Source of the DNA: Chiloscyllium plagiosum
Lineage: Eukaryota
DNA length: 21,919 bases
Direction of reading: 5' to 3'
Assembly (NCBI RefSeq): GCF_004010195.1
Contig: NC_057754.1
Coordinates: forward strand, 7,888,725 to 7,910,643
The notes under the pieces: generated by a model
What the model was told of the DNA's origin: nothing
The model's database searches: none
Seen by the model: only the letters and a program-made list of their open reading frames with translations
Part shown: one piece after another, positions 8,472 through 18,791 of the stretch
Position numbering within the stretch: position 1 is the first letter of the stretch
How the letters are laid out: the number at the start of each line of letters is the position of its first letter
Position numbers and translations under genes: made by a program

Positions 8472-9245
8472 GTCACAAAGGATTCTAGGTGTCCTCTTGG
8501 ATGAATCATAGGAAGTTAGTTTGCAAGTACACTAGGCAAATGGAATACTGTCGTTTTTTGCAAGCGGAATAGGGCAGTCTTACTGCAGCTGATTCAGCAA
8601 ATCAGTTAAAACGAAGTTATTATAAATAAGTTATGCTCCCATAATAATGGTCCTGAATGCACACACCAGCTCAAAGGGGTAGATGCAGCTACAGTTACAA
8701 CGCTTAAGAGACATTTGGACAGTTACAACAGTTAAAAGACATTTGGACAGGTACATGAATAGAAAAGGTTTAGATGGGGGTGGGCCAAATGGAAGCAAAT
8801 GGGACTAGTTTACTTTGGGAAGGTTGATCCGCATGGAGGAGTTAGGCTGTAGGGTCTGTTTCTGTGCTGTGTGACTCGAGTGAGACCAAATCTGGAGCAA
8901 TGTGTATGGTAATGATCATTTATTTAAGAAAGGACATAATTGTACGAGAAGCGATTTAGAGAAGATTTACTCAACTTATTCCTGAGGTAAGGAAAGGTTG
9001 AGTGGGTTGGGTCTATATACATTGGCTGAGGTTTAATATTGTTGAAACTTATATGATCCTTATACAAGTGCGTGCTGACGGAATGATTATGTGTAACATC
9101 AGAATGAGGGGGTGAAGTGACGTTGAGAGCCTGTGGGTCCAGTGGGGAGGTGGGGGGGGCTTATTTTTCAGGCTGTGCTGGAATACTGAAGGCAGGGAGT
9201 GTTGAGGAAAGTGGAGCTGAGGCTGCAGCTGGATCAGCTTTGGGT
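8472..9245 (+). mobile_element. Highly degraded CR1 ORF2/3' UTR pieces (about 8472-8600, 8880-9065, 9185-9245)
   Basis: caaagggattctaggtgtcctc (RDLGV-like), gcaaatggaatactg (ANG-L), gtgagaccaaatctggag (VRP-LE), agaagatttact (RRFT). Confidence 0.55.
8676..8878 (+). mobile_element. HER1/CR1 3' end with an internal ~28-bp tandem duplication
   Basis: gtagatgcagctacagttacaacgcttaagagacatttggacag is followed by ttacaacagttaaaagacatttggacag. Tail gggtctgtttctgtgctgtgtgactc. Confidence 0.85.
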
Positions 9246-9465
9246 GCTGGAAGTCTGAAACAAGCATGGATGACGCTGGAGAAACTCAGCGGGTCTGCGG
9301 AGACAGAGAGAGAGAAAAAAGCAGCAAGTCCAATGTTTAAATCGGGCAAGGTTTTGTTTACTGACCTAGCAGGCTCAAGATGTCGAGTGGCCTCCGTTTT
9401 CTCCCTGCTGCTCCGTCTGGACCTCTCTTGTCTTTTGCTGTTTCTATCCAAGCTCCTGTCAGCTT
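9243..9465. mobile_element. Degraded shark repeat of the gatgctggaaatctgaaac...gctggagaaactcagc type (probably Penelope-associated), with weak inverted arms
   Basis: gtgctggaagtctgaaacaa...gctggagaaactcagcgggtctg matches a recalled shark repeat and the related fragment at 10662-10790. The right arm is only loosely complementary. Confidence 0.4.
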
Positions 9466-9514
9466 CCTGTTCCTTAAGGAGGAAATGCTAAGCTTCTCTC
9501 TCTCTCCCCTTAAC

Positions 9515-9762
9515 TCGAAACCCATGCAGTGCAGAAAGAAGCTGTTTGGCCCATCGAGTCCCTCCAAAGAGCATCCCATCCACCCTATCCCCATCGCCCT
9601 ACTTTTATCATGGCCAATTCACCTATCCTGCACATTCCTGGACAATTTAGCCCAGAGCAGAAACTTGCGCAGACACGGGGAGAACATGCACACTCCACAC
9701 AGACAGTCGCCCGAGGTTGGAATCGAACCTGGGTCCCTGCTGTTGTGAGGCAGCAATGCTAA
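9515..9762 (-). mobile_element. HE1-like SINE, lacking the first bases of its head
   Basis: ggaatcgaacctgggtccctg (B box), gtgaggcagcaatgctaa, actccacacagacagtcgcccgagg, ggacaatttagc. Confidence 0.88.
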
Positions 9763-9789
9763 TATAGTCTGATATACAGCCCATATAGT

Positions 9790-9892
9790 CCTTCATCCCT
9801 GGAGCCCTTGTCCTAAATCTTCACTGCACCCTTTCCGAAGTCTTGGCTTCTATCCCAAATGGGCATCATGCTCCAAGTTGAGGCTGACCCAG
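9790..9892 (-). mobile_element. Degraded CR1 ORF2 fragment
   Basis: cttcatccctgg...aatcttcactgcaccctttcc is the reverse complement of an E-VQ-RF---PGM-like motif. Confidence 0.5.
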
Positions 9893-10247
9893 AATGCTGG
9901 ATACCAAAGGCAGTGACTTTGCTTCAGTGCATTGGCTGTGCTCATATTAAGTATTTATTTTGTTTAATTTTGATCTCTGATTTCTCATTCCGACGTGCGA
10001 GTGCCCATTTATCTTTGAGATGCTTAAGTGAAACTAAACCACCAGCGATTCATGCATGATATTCAAACGCTGATTGAGCTTTATGAATTATGTAACAGGC
10101 TGATTTGGATGTGTCAGGAATCGCTGCTGGATAGAATTATTTGTTGTACTGTTAAGCAACGGCTGCAACTCTGGGCAGGAGCTATTGCTCTCCCAGGGAA
10201 GGATAGAGGCATGGGATCAGAGCTCCATTTGGATGCTCACTATGTAA

Positions 10248-10633
10248 CTGGGGCTCTACTCCCTGGAATTTAGAAGAATGAGAGGTGATAGCTCATTGAA
10301 ACAGGCAGGATCCTTTATGGGCTTGACTGGGTGCTTCCGCACGTGGGAGAGTCACACACCAGAGGGCACAGTCTCCGAGTAAAGGAACACCAATTTAAGG
10401 CTGAGATGAGGGTGAATTTCTTCTCTTCGAAGGTTAAGAGTCTTTGGAGGTCCTTGCCACAGAGAACTGTGGGGCCGGAGTCCTTGTGTGTATTTAACAC
10501 TGAGATAGGTTCTTGAGCAGTTGAGCGATCATGGGAAAGGGCGTGAGGAGAGTCCGATCAGCCACGATCCTTACTGAATGGTGGAGCAGGCTGGAGGGGC
10601 CCTTACTCCTGTTCCCGGTTATGATGGTCTTAC
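10248..10633 (+). mobile_element. CR1 LINE 3' end
   Basis: GESHTRGHSLRVKEHQFKAEMRVNFFSSKVKSLWRSLPQRTV, then 3' UTR gatcagccacgatc...gaatggtggagcaggctggaggggcc...actcctgttcc. Confidence 0.9.
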
Positions 10634-10661
10634 GCCCGATGGGTGAGTGCAGTGAGACGTT

Positions 10662-10790
10662 AAAAGACGAAAATACCTCTGGCGCGGGAACCCTGAAAGG
10701 AAAGCAGAAAGTGCTGGGAATCCTCGGGCAACCTCTGAGCAAAGGGAAGCATGGGTTATTGATCCTGGTTGACGTCCTTTCATCAGAATG
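10662..10790. mobile_element. Degraded Penelope-associated terminal repeat fragment
   Basis: ctgaaaggaaagcagaaagtgctgggaatcctc...cctttcatcagaa, related to 9243-9340. The minus strand keeps CTGATGA at 10780-10786. Confidence 0.45.
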
Positions 10791-11014
10791 AAGAAGAATT
10801 CTTCTAGGAGGGGTGTTTTTTAAAAAAAAAGGCAGTGGAACATTCTGGGCCCTGAGGGGGCTGACCTCCAGGCAGGAAACAGACTAAATTCAGTGGGGCA
10901 GTGGTGGATCAGAAATCCAAATTACATTTTCATGATTCTTACTCTGTAGTTGGCACTGGCCAAAAAAAAAACACAGCTACCCAATTTTAATCGAACCCAA
11001 TGTCATCAGGTTCA

Positions 11015-11145
11015 CTATTTGGACTGGTATATGGATAGGAAAGGTTGAGGGGGAATATGGGCCAAACACAGGTAGACCGGATGAGTTTAGTTCAGGATGG
11101 GTGAGTTGGACTGAAGGGTTTGTTTCCATGTTGTATGACTCTATC
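11015..11145 (+). mobile_element. HER1/CR1 3' tail fragment
   Basis: tttggactggtatatggataggaaagg...atatgggccaaac...gagttggactgaagggtttgtttccatgttgtatgactctat. Confidence 0.85.
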
Positions 11146-12012
11146 TTTAAATAAGCTGAAAGAACAGTCATGTGGAACAAGTTATTCTTGACTCAACTGA
11201 CATTGTCTTTCCTCTACTTATTTGAACAATATTGCAATTAAAGGTCAACATAATATATAGGTTGACTGGCTGACAGTACTGTGCCTGACAAGTTATCTGT
11301 GCAACTCCCAAATTTGTTAAAACATCGGTCTGAGGTGGCTTATTTCCTGACTGAGAGTTGGCTTTGGTGTAGATGGAATGCTTTACAATGGTAAACTTTT
11401 GTCACTATGTATAAATCTCACACTCTGCATTTTATTTGGCAATTTACTGTGATTTTCAAAAGAAAACACATAGTTATCGTTCAATTAGATTCAACATGCT
11501 ATTCTGACAGTGGCATGGTACGTGCTGGGGGGGGAAGGCCCAAACTGTTGCCCGTTGAGCTCCTTAGATGTCTTGAGGGGCTCGTTCTGCCTTGGCTTCT
11601 TCAGTTACTTCAGCGCCTGGCGGGACAAGAAAGGGTTACCCAGCTCTGGGAAGCCTGTCACCTCAGTGAGTGGGGTCTCTCAATCTGCAGTAATCTCGGT
11701 AAAATCAAAGGGAAAGAGCCAAGATGAAGTTCGAGGGAGTGATTGGCTGCCGAGGGCTTTCTGTGGCCCATTCTTGGTCCAGGGAGCCTTGGGATGTTGG
11801 GGGTGGTGGTGATGGATGGAGTTGGGACGCAGCTTGCTTTGGACATGGCTGCCACGTCTGTCAAGGTACTGCCGACTCCCAGCGTTCTCCTCAGTGGGCT
11901 GGCACCTCCTCCATCCAGATTTGGAGTTACAGCCGACTGCTGGAGGATTTGGCAGTCTTTCTCAGCTTCATGGGACTTGTCTGGAAAACTGGGAATTCTG
12001 CCGGCAATGTCA

Positions 12013-13590
12013 GTGTCAGCCTTGGCTCCTCTGGTCAGACTCCAGCCTCTGGAATTAGAAAGTTGTGGGCTGAAGTCCAAGTCCAAGGGTTAAGAACAAA
12101 CGTTGAAGCTGAAACAGACAGTGCAGTTCTGAGGGAACATTGTACTGTCTGGATCAGTATCGAGGGAGCGCTGCACTATCACAGAGTCAATACTGAGGAA
12201 GTGCTGCTCTGTTGGAGAGTTCGTACTGAAGGAATGCAGCACTGTCGGAGGGTCAGTGCTGAGGGAGCGCCGCAGTGTCGGAGGGTCAGTACTGAGCGAG
12301 TGCTGCACTGTCTGAGGGTCAGTACTGAGGGAGTGCCGCAGTGTCGGAGGGTCAGTACTGAGGGAGTGTCGTGCTGTCAGAGGGTCAATGTGTAAGGAGC
12401 TCTGTACTGCCAGAGAGTGAGTGCTTGAGGGAGTGCTGCACTGTCGGAGGGTCAGTGCTGAGGGAGTGCTGCACTGTCGGGGGGTCAGAGCTGAGGGAGT
12501 GCTTCACTGTTGGAGGGTCAGTACTGAGGGGGCGCCACACTATCGGAGGGTCAGTACTGAGGGAATGCTGTACTATTAGAGGGTCAGTACTGAGGGAGTG
12601 CTGCACTGTCGGAGGGTCAGTGCTGAGGGAGTGCTGCACTGTCGGAGGGTCAGTGCTGTGGGAGTGCCGCACTGTTGGAGGGTCAGTGCTGAGGAATGCC
12701 ACTGTCGGAGAGTCAGTACTGAGGGAGTGCCGCACTGTTGGAGGGTCAGTGCTGAGGGAATGCCACTGTCGGAGAGTCAGTGCTGAGGGAATGCTGTACT
12801 ATTAGAGGGCCAGTGCTGAGTGAGCACTGCACTGTCAGAGGATCAATACAGAAGGAGCTCCGCACTGTCAGTGAGAAAATGCTGAGGGAGCGCCGCACTG
12901 TCGGAGGGTCAGTACTGAGGGAGTGCTGCACTGTCAAGGGTCAGTGCTGAGGGAGTGCTGTTCTGTCGGAGGGTGAGTGCTGAGGGAGTGCTGTTCTGTC
13001 GGAGGGTCAGTACTGAGGGAGTGCCGCAGTGTCGGAGGGTCAGTGCTGAGGGAGTGCCGCACTGTCGGAGGGTCAGTACTGAGGGAGTTTCGCGCTGTCA
13101 GAGGGTCAGTGTGTAGGGAGCATGTTCTGTCGGAGGGTGAGTGCTGCAATGCTGTGGGTATTGTCCTTTGAATGAGATGTTAAGCTGAGTCCCTGAGTAG
13201 AGGTAGAAGATCCCATGGTCTGAGGAATATGGGAGTGTTCCAGTCCTTATTCTTCCAGTGGCGAATATGGACTGTATGATTGTGCTTGTGCTGCTTTGTG
13301 TTGGAGCTTGCTGTGCGTACCTGATCAGACATTGTATATTACAGCGCCACTTCACTGAGTGCAGATTGTTCTGCTGTGATGTGACAGTTAAGTTCCTCTG
13401 CAGCCTCACACTGTCAAGGATCGCTAATAGAAAATCGTTATCCAAACAGCGTCCACAATTTGTCAGTCATGTTGTAGCCAATTGGTATGGATGAAATGCG
13501 TATTATAGCAGAACGACCTGTATACACTGCTGTGGGACATCCTGTGGTCAGGAAAAGCACTGTGGATAAGCAAATCTGTCTCTCCCTCTT
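12013..13590 (+). mobile_element. DeuSINE/SacSINE1-like SINE with an internally expanded minisatellite
   Basis: tRNA-like head gtcagccttggctc...gcctctggaattagaaagttgtgggctgaagtcc, core cagtgcagttctgaggg, post-array tcctttgaatgagatgttaagctgag...aagatcccatgg...ggagcttgctgtgcg, and tail gggacatcctgtggtcaggaaaagcactgtggataagcaaatct. The family name is from recall. Confidence 0.7.
12118..13155 (+). repeat. 33-bp minisatellite, about 31 copies, consensus gggtcagt(a/g)ctgagggagtgc(t/c)gcactgtcgga
   Basis: Directly visible tandem periodicity. Several reading frames show 11-codon repeats (RECCTVGGSVL; QHSLSTDPPTV). Confidence 0.97.
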
Positions 13591-13992
13591 AATGAGATGC
13601 CGAGGGAGTGATAGCCGTCTGGTGTTGAGCGAGAGCAGAGAATCTTAAATCACAGTGGCCCAATGCTGTGTTGTGTACGAGGCAGACACGTGGGTGAGAA
13701 ACTGCCGTGGTGTGGATGGAACAGGAGTTCTGGACGGCCGTGCACCTTTGAGCAGAACAAGTGGATGAACTGCACTGGGCATGTGTCATTCCTGGTCAGG
13801 TTGTTCACTCTGTGTGCCATTCTGCTTCTCCCCATGACACACATTAGATCGGATTCACTGACTTTGGGCAGTTCTCCTTTTACCCACCCACCTCACTTGC
13901 TGACTCTTCCAATCCCTCGTTCAGCCCAGATTCCTTTAGTTTGTACGATCCAGCTCTGAGATCCCCTCTTAGATTCACCAGGTTCATCAGCA

Positions 13993-14699
13993 GGGGCAGC
14001 ACAGTGGCTCAGTGGTTAGCACTGCTGCCTCACAGCGCCAGAGACCTGGGTTCAATTCCACCCTTGGGCAACTGTCAGTGTGGAGTTTAGGCACTCTCCC
14101 TGTGTCTGCATGGGCTTCCTTCGAGTGCTCCGTTTCTTCCCAAAGATGTGCAGGTTAGGGTGGATTGGCCGTGCTAAATTGTCCTATAGTATCCAGGGAT
14201 GTGCAAGTTAGGGTGGATTGCTCATGCTACATTGTCCCATAGTGCCCAGGGATGTGCAGGTTAGGGTGGATTGGCCGTGCTACATTGTCCCATAGTGCCC
14301 AGGGATGTGCAGGTTAGGGTGGATTGGCCGTGCTAAATTGCCCCATAGTGCCCAGGGATGTGCAGGTTAGGGTGGATTGGCCGTGCTAATTTGTCCCATA
14401 GTGCCCAGGGATGTGCAGGTTAGGGTGGATTGGCCGTGCTACATTGTCCCATAGTGCCCAGGGATGTGCAGGTTAGGGTGGATTGGCCGTGCTAAATTGC
14501 CCCATAGTGTCCAGGGATGTGCAGGTTAGGGTGGATTGGCCGTGCTAAATTGCCCCGTAGTGGCCACGGATGTGCAGGGCTAGATGGGATAGTCATGATA
14601 AATATGGAGTTACAGGAATAAGGTAGGATGCTGTTTGGAGGTTTGGTGTAGACTTGATGGGCCAAATAGCCTCTATCAGCACTGCAGGGATTCTGTGAT
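13993..14699 (+). mobile_element. HE1-like SINE with an internal tandem expansion
   Basis: Head ggggcagcacagtggctcagtggttagcactgctgcctcacagcgccag, B box gggttcaattcc, tail gatgggccaaatagcctc...actgcagggattctgtga. Confidence 0.93.
14145..14590 (+). repeat. 53-bp tandem array, 8 full copies plus a partial ninth
   Basis: Unit gatgtgcaggttagggtggattggccgtgcta(a/c)attg(t/c)cccatagtgcccagg starts at 14145, 14198, 14251, 14304, 14357, 14410, 14463, 14516 and 14569. Confidence 0.97.
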
Positions 14700-14836
14700 A
14701 TTTCTTCCATTTTCCCATCTGCACAGCCTTAATTGCTCTCATTCTGTCCTTTTCATACCTTAATTCACACCCATTTCCTATTACTCTCACCACCAATACC
14801 AACCCTTTTGTCTTTTACACTAGGCTTTCCTACCAC

Positions 14837-15002
14837 TGCTAAATTGCCCCAATTGTCCAGGGACGTGCAGGCTGTGGTTAATGTGGGGCTATGGGGATGT
14901 TGGGGGGGGGGTTTGAGTGGGTCCAAATTGGATGCTCTTCGGAGGGACAGTGCAGACCTGATGGGCTGAATGGCCTGTTTCTGCGCTGTAGGGATTCTGT
15001 GA
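14837..15002 (+). mobile_element. HE1 SINE 3' half
   Basis: tgctaaattgcccc...gtccagggacgtgcagg...gatgctcttcggaggg...gatgggctgaatggcctgtttctgcgctgtagggattctgtga. Confidence 0.85.
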
Positions 15003-15484
15003 CGGCTTCCTCTGACTTACCTCACCGGACGGATCTTGAACACGGCTGTTCCCTAATCCGTTGCTTTTGTTCAGGATGTCATCATCCCTCTTGTCTCCCT
15101 CTCCCGTCTCCGTCAGCTACTTCCCTCCCCCCACGTCCCCTGTGCCCCCCCCCCTAAGTTGTCGTGTCTTGTGCTTGAAACTTTCGGACGCCCCGAAGAT
15201 GATAGGAAGCCAGAGGAACGATGATAAATTACCTTCTGTCTTGGTTTGTTCACAGTGCACGTTTTCAGGCTCATTAGCACACAAACACCTCTGTCACAGC
15301 AGCTGCGGCAGATGGTTGTAAGGAGCACGTTAAATCACATCCACTTAACTCATTTCACAATCCTTCACCATTTATGAAACGGGTTTTGGTGCACCTCAAT
15401 GGAATCTGTCCCAGCTCAGCCCAGGCTGCAGCAATGTCAAGTGATCTCTTTGCTCGTCGAACTCTGATCTGTGACCTATCATCT

Positions 15485-15615
15485 CGCCATTGGTAGCCTG
15501 GAGCTCTGAAGTTCCCTTTCTAAACCCCTCAATTGTGCGAGCTATCTATTTTTTGATCACCCTTCCTGATGTCTCCTCCTGTCTCAATGTTTGCTTGATA
15601 ATACTGCTGTGGAAA
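15485..15615 (+). mobile_element. Possible L2-type LINE 3' end relic
   Basis: ccattgg...gctctgaagttccctttctaaacccctc...ttttgatcacc...tgtctcc...tttgcttgataatactgctgtg resembles a recalled shark L2 tail. Heavily deleted. Confidence 0.35.
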
Positions 15616-15911
15616 TCTGCCCTCTCTACTGAGCTGTTTGATTCCAGATTTCAGTTGATGAAGCTGGCAATGAGAATGCCAATAGTTCATTGGTGATCAG
15701 TTATCTTTCGGGAAAGGGCAAGTTCTACCCAGGGGATCTTGACTAGTAGCTGGTCCTCCTGAGTGTACAATTTGCTGTCTGGATGGATGGTGAAAGCTAG
15801 TAAGTTTGTAAAGGAGAGTGATTGCAGGTCTATGGGGAAAAGCAGGGAGAATGGGGCTGATTCAGTCACTCTTGTATGAGGTGGAGGCTTGCTGTAATCC
15901 TGAGCATCTTT

Positions 15912-16420
15912 TGGATGTTGGTGAGGCCTCTTTGGCGTACTGTGTCCAATTCTGGTCTGCCTGCTCGAGGAAGGATATTAAGCTGAAGAGATTTACCAGG
16001 ATGCTGCTGGGGTTGGAGGGTTTGAGTCATAAGCAGAGGCTGGACAGTTTGGAAATTGTTTCCTTGGAGCTTCGGAGATTGGGGGGGGGAATGACCTTAT
16101 AGAGGTTTATAAAATCATGAGGGGCATGGGATAGGGTAAATCGACAAGGTCTTTTCCCTGGGGTCGGGGAGTCCAGAACTCGAGGTCATAGGTTGAGGGT
16201 GAGAGGGGAAAGGTATAAAAGAGACCTAAGGGGCAACTTTTTTATGCAGAGGGTGGTGCGTTTATGGAATGAGCTGCCAGAGGAAGTGGTGGAGGCTGGT
16301 ACAATTGCAACATTTAAAAGGCATCTGGATGGGTATGTGAATAGGGAGGGTNNNNNNNNNNNNNNNNNNNCCGAAGGGTCTGTTTCCGTGCTGTACATCT
16401 CCATGACTCTATGACTCTAT
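15912..16420 (+). mobile_element. HER1/CR1 LINE 3' portion
   Basis: LAYCVQFWS...RFTRMLLGLEGLSHKQRLD and RVRGERYKRDLRGNFFMQRVVRLWNELPEEVVEAGTIATFKRHLDG. Tail ccatgactctatgactctat. Confidence 0.93.
16352..16370. other. Assembly gap (19 N)
   Basis: Run of N. Confidence 1.
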
Positions 16421-16423
16421 AAC

Positions 16424-16742
16424 AAAAAGGGTCTTTTCTCTAAGGTGGGGGATTTCAAGACAAGGGGACACATTTTTAAGCTGAGTGGAGAAAAGTTTTT
16501 TAAAAAGTCAAAAGGTGCAATCTATTTACACAGAGAGTGGTTTGTTTGTGCAATGAACTGCCAGAGAAAGTGGTGGATGCAGGCGCAGTTGCAGCATTCA
16601 AAAGACGTTTGGATAAGTTCATGAATAACAAATGTTTGGAGGGATATGAAATGCAGGCAGGTCTGACTAGTTTAGTTTGGGCACATGGTCGGCATGGACT
16701 GACTAGACCAAAGGGTCTGTTTCTATGCTGAATGACTGTATA
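16424..16742 (+). mobile_element. CR1/HER1-like 3' end, directly following the previous copy
   Basis: CNELPEKVVDAGAVAAFKRRLDKFMN. Tail aagggtctgtttctatgctgaatgactgtat. Confidence 0.88.
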
Positions 16743-16744
16743 AT

Positions 16745-18750
16745 TGCAAAATGTTAGCATGCAGGCACAATAAGAAGTTAGCAGGTCTAACAGAATGTTG
16801 GTCTTTATTGTAAACTGGACTATAAAACATTGGGAAGACTTGTCACTACTGCCCACAATGTTGTGCCGAGAATCAATCCTAATGTAAAATACAATAACCT
16901 TACTTACACACCCCTCAATTCATTGCTGTCCATGTGCATATCCAGCAGTTGCTTAAATGTCCCCAATGACTCTGCTTCCACCACCACCGCTGGCAACGCA
17001 TTCCATACCTTCACAACTCTCTGTGTAAAGAACCTACCTCTGATGTCTCCACTATACCTTTCTCATAGTATCTTAAAACTATGACTCTTCGTGCCAGTCA
17101 ATCCTGCCCTGGGTAAAAGTCTCTGGCTATTGACTCTATCCATGCCTCTTATTACGTTGTATACCTCGATCAAGTCACCTCTCTTTCTCCTTCCCTCCGG
17201 AGAGAAATATCTGAGCTTAGTCAACTTCTCTTCGTAAGAAAAGCTCTCTAGTCCCGGCAGTATCCTGGTAAACCTTCTTTACACTCTCTCCAAAGCCTCT
17301 GTATCTTTACTATAGTAGGGCAACCAGAACTGGACACAATATTCCAAGTGTGGTCTCACCAGGGTTTTGTAGAGCTGTAGCAAAACCTCGTGGCTCTTAA
17401 ATTCGATCCCCCTGTTAATGAAAGTCAAAACACCATATGCTTTCTTAACAACCCTATCCACTTGGGTGGCAACTTTGAGAGATCTATATACTTGGACACC
17501 CAAATCCCTCTGTTCCTCCACACTGCCAAGAATCCTGTCTTTAATCCTATATTCAGCACTCGAGTTCGACCTTCCAAAATGCATCACTTTGCATTTATCC
17601 AGGTTGAATTCCATCTGCCATTTCTCAGCCCAGCTCTGCACCCTGTCTGGGTCGCGCTGCAGCCTGCAGTAGCCCTCGATACTATCAATGGCACCTCCAA
17701 CCTTTGTGTTATTGGCAAATTTACTAACCCACCCCTCAACCTCTTCATCCAATCATTTATAAAAACTTCAAAGAGCAGAGGCCCAAGAACAAAGCCCTGC
17801 GGGAAACCACTCACCACTGACCTCCAGGCAGAATACTTTCCATCTACAACCACTCTCTGTCTTCTGTCAGCTAACCATTTCTGAATCCAGACAGCCAAAT
17901 CTCCCTGTATCCCATACCTGGCTGACTATATGAATGAACCTACCATAGGGAACCTTATCAAATGCCTTGCTGAAGTCCATCTACACCACATCCACTGCTC
18001 GACCTTCATTGACCTGTCTCATCACCTCCTTAAAGAACTCAATAAGATTTATGAGGCATGACCTGCCCCTCACAAAGCCATGCTGACTGCTTTAATCACT
18101 CTATGCTTTTCCAAATAGTCATAAATCGTATCCCTCAGAATTCTTTCCAAAACCTTGCTGACCACAGATGTAAGACTGACTGATCTGTAATTGCCAGGGA
18201 TTTCCCTATTCCCCTTCCTTGAAAAGAGGAACAACATTCATCTCCCTCCAATCCTCCGGTACGAATCCCATAGAGAGTGAGGAAGCATAATGAAACCACA
18301 CCTGGAGTATTATATAGATAGTTTCTATCCATTTGGGCACTTCAGAGAAGGTTCTCTAGGGATGAAGGTGTTATCTTAAAAGAAAATGTTGAGCAGGTTA
18401 GGTTTGTAACCCATTGAAATTTAGAAGGACAAGAGGTTTATGTTGTTGAAGTGTATAAGATTCTGAGAGGGCTTAAAAGGAGGGGCTGCAGAGAGGATGT
18501 GTCCCTTCGCGAGGGAATCTAGAATGAGAGAACCACTGTTTAAAAATAGGAGGAATTATTTCCATTGGCGAGTCATGAGATTTTGGAATTCACTTCCAAC
18601 AACAGGGTACGTCGGTGAATATATTCAAGGCCGAATACAACAGATCAACGTGAGAGGCTTGAGTTGTAGGGTCAGCAACTGAGAGCTCTGTAAAGCCAGC
18701 CATGATCTGATTAAACGGTGTAACAGGCTTGTTGGGCCAAATAGCATCCA
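16745..18750 (+). mobile_element. Old CR1 ORF2/3' UTR relic (about 16745-16848 and 18285-18750), split by a minus-strand CR1
   Basis: gttagcatgcagg...aacagaatgttggtctttattg resumes as gaaaccacacctggagta (PHLE), then GESRMR...RVMRFWNSLP and cagccatgatct. Confidence 0.65.
16850..18285 (-). mobile_element. CR1/HER1-like LINE, 1.4-kb ORF2 (reverse transcriptase) relic, frameshifted and catalytically dead
   Basis: WIQKWLADRRQRVVVDGKYSAWRSVVSGFPQGFVLGPLLF, then a frameshift, then SKFANNTKVGG (FADD changed to FANN), WQMEFNLDKCKVMHFG and LYKTLVRPHLEYCVQFW. Confidence 0.95.
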
Positions 18751-18791
18751 TTATTACGGATGAGATTGAGGAGTACTTGGTAACATAGTAG

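Noticed and set aside
9117..9491. 124-aa ORF and overlapping antisense ORFs
   Set aside because: They run across CR1 3' UTR and Penelope-type repeat debris, with no coherent domain.
11244..11266. Small inverted repeat gtcaac...gttgac
   Set aside because: A 6-bp stem is expected by chance in 22 kb.
12090..13171. Cys/His-rich repetitive ORFs resembling zinc-finger or metallothionein proteins
   Set aside because: They are translations of a 33-bp (11-codon) SINE-derived minisatellite that is open in several frames on both strands, with frame-breaking unit variants.
13663..13959. 98-aa Cys/Trp-containing ORF as a possible exon
   Set aside because: No recognisable family, weak acceptor context and no convincing in-frame donor.
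12118..14590. CRISPR-like regular repeats
   Set aside because: The units are contiguous with no unique spacers, there are no cas genes, and the context is a vertebrate genome.
17279..17898. Functional reverse transcriptase gene
   Set aside because: It is frameshifted and 5'-truncated, and the catalytic FADD motif reads FANN.
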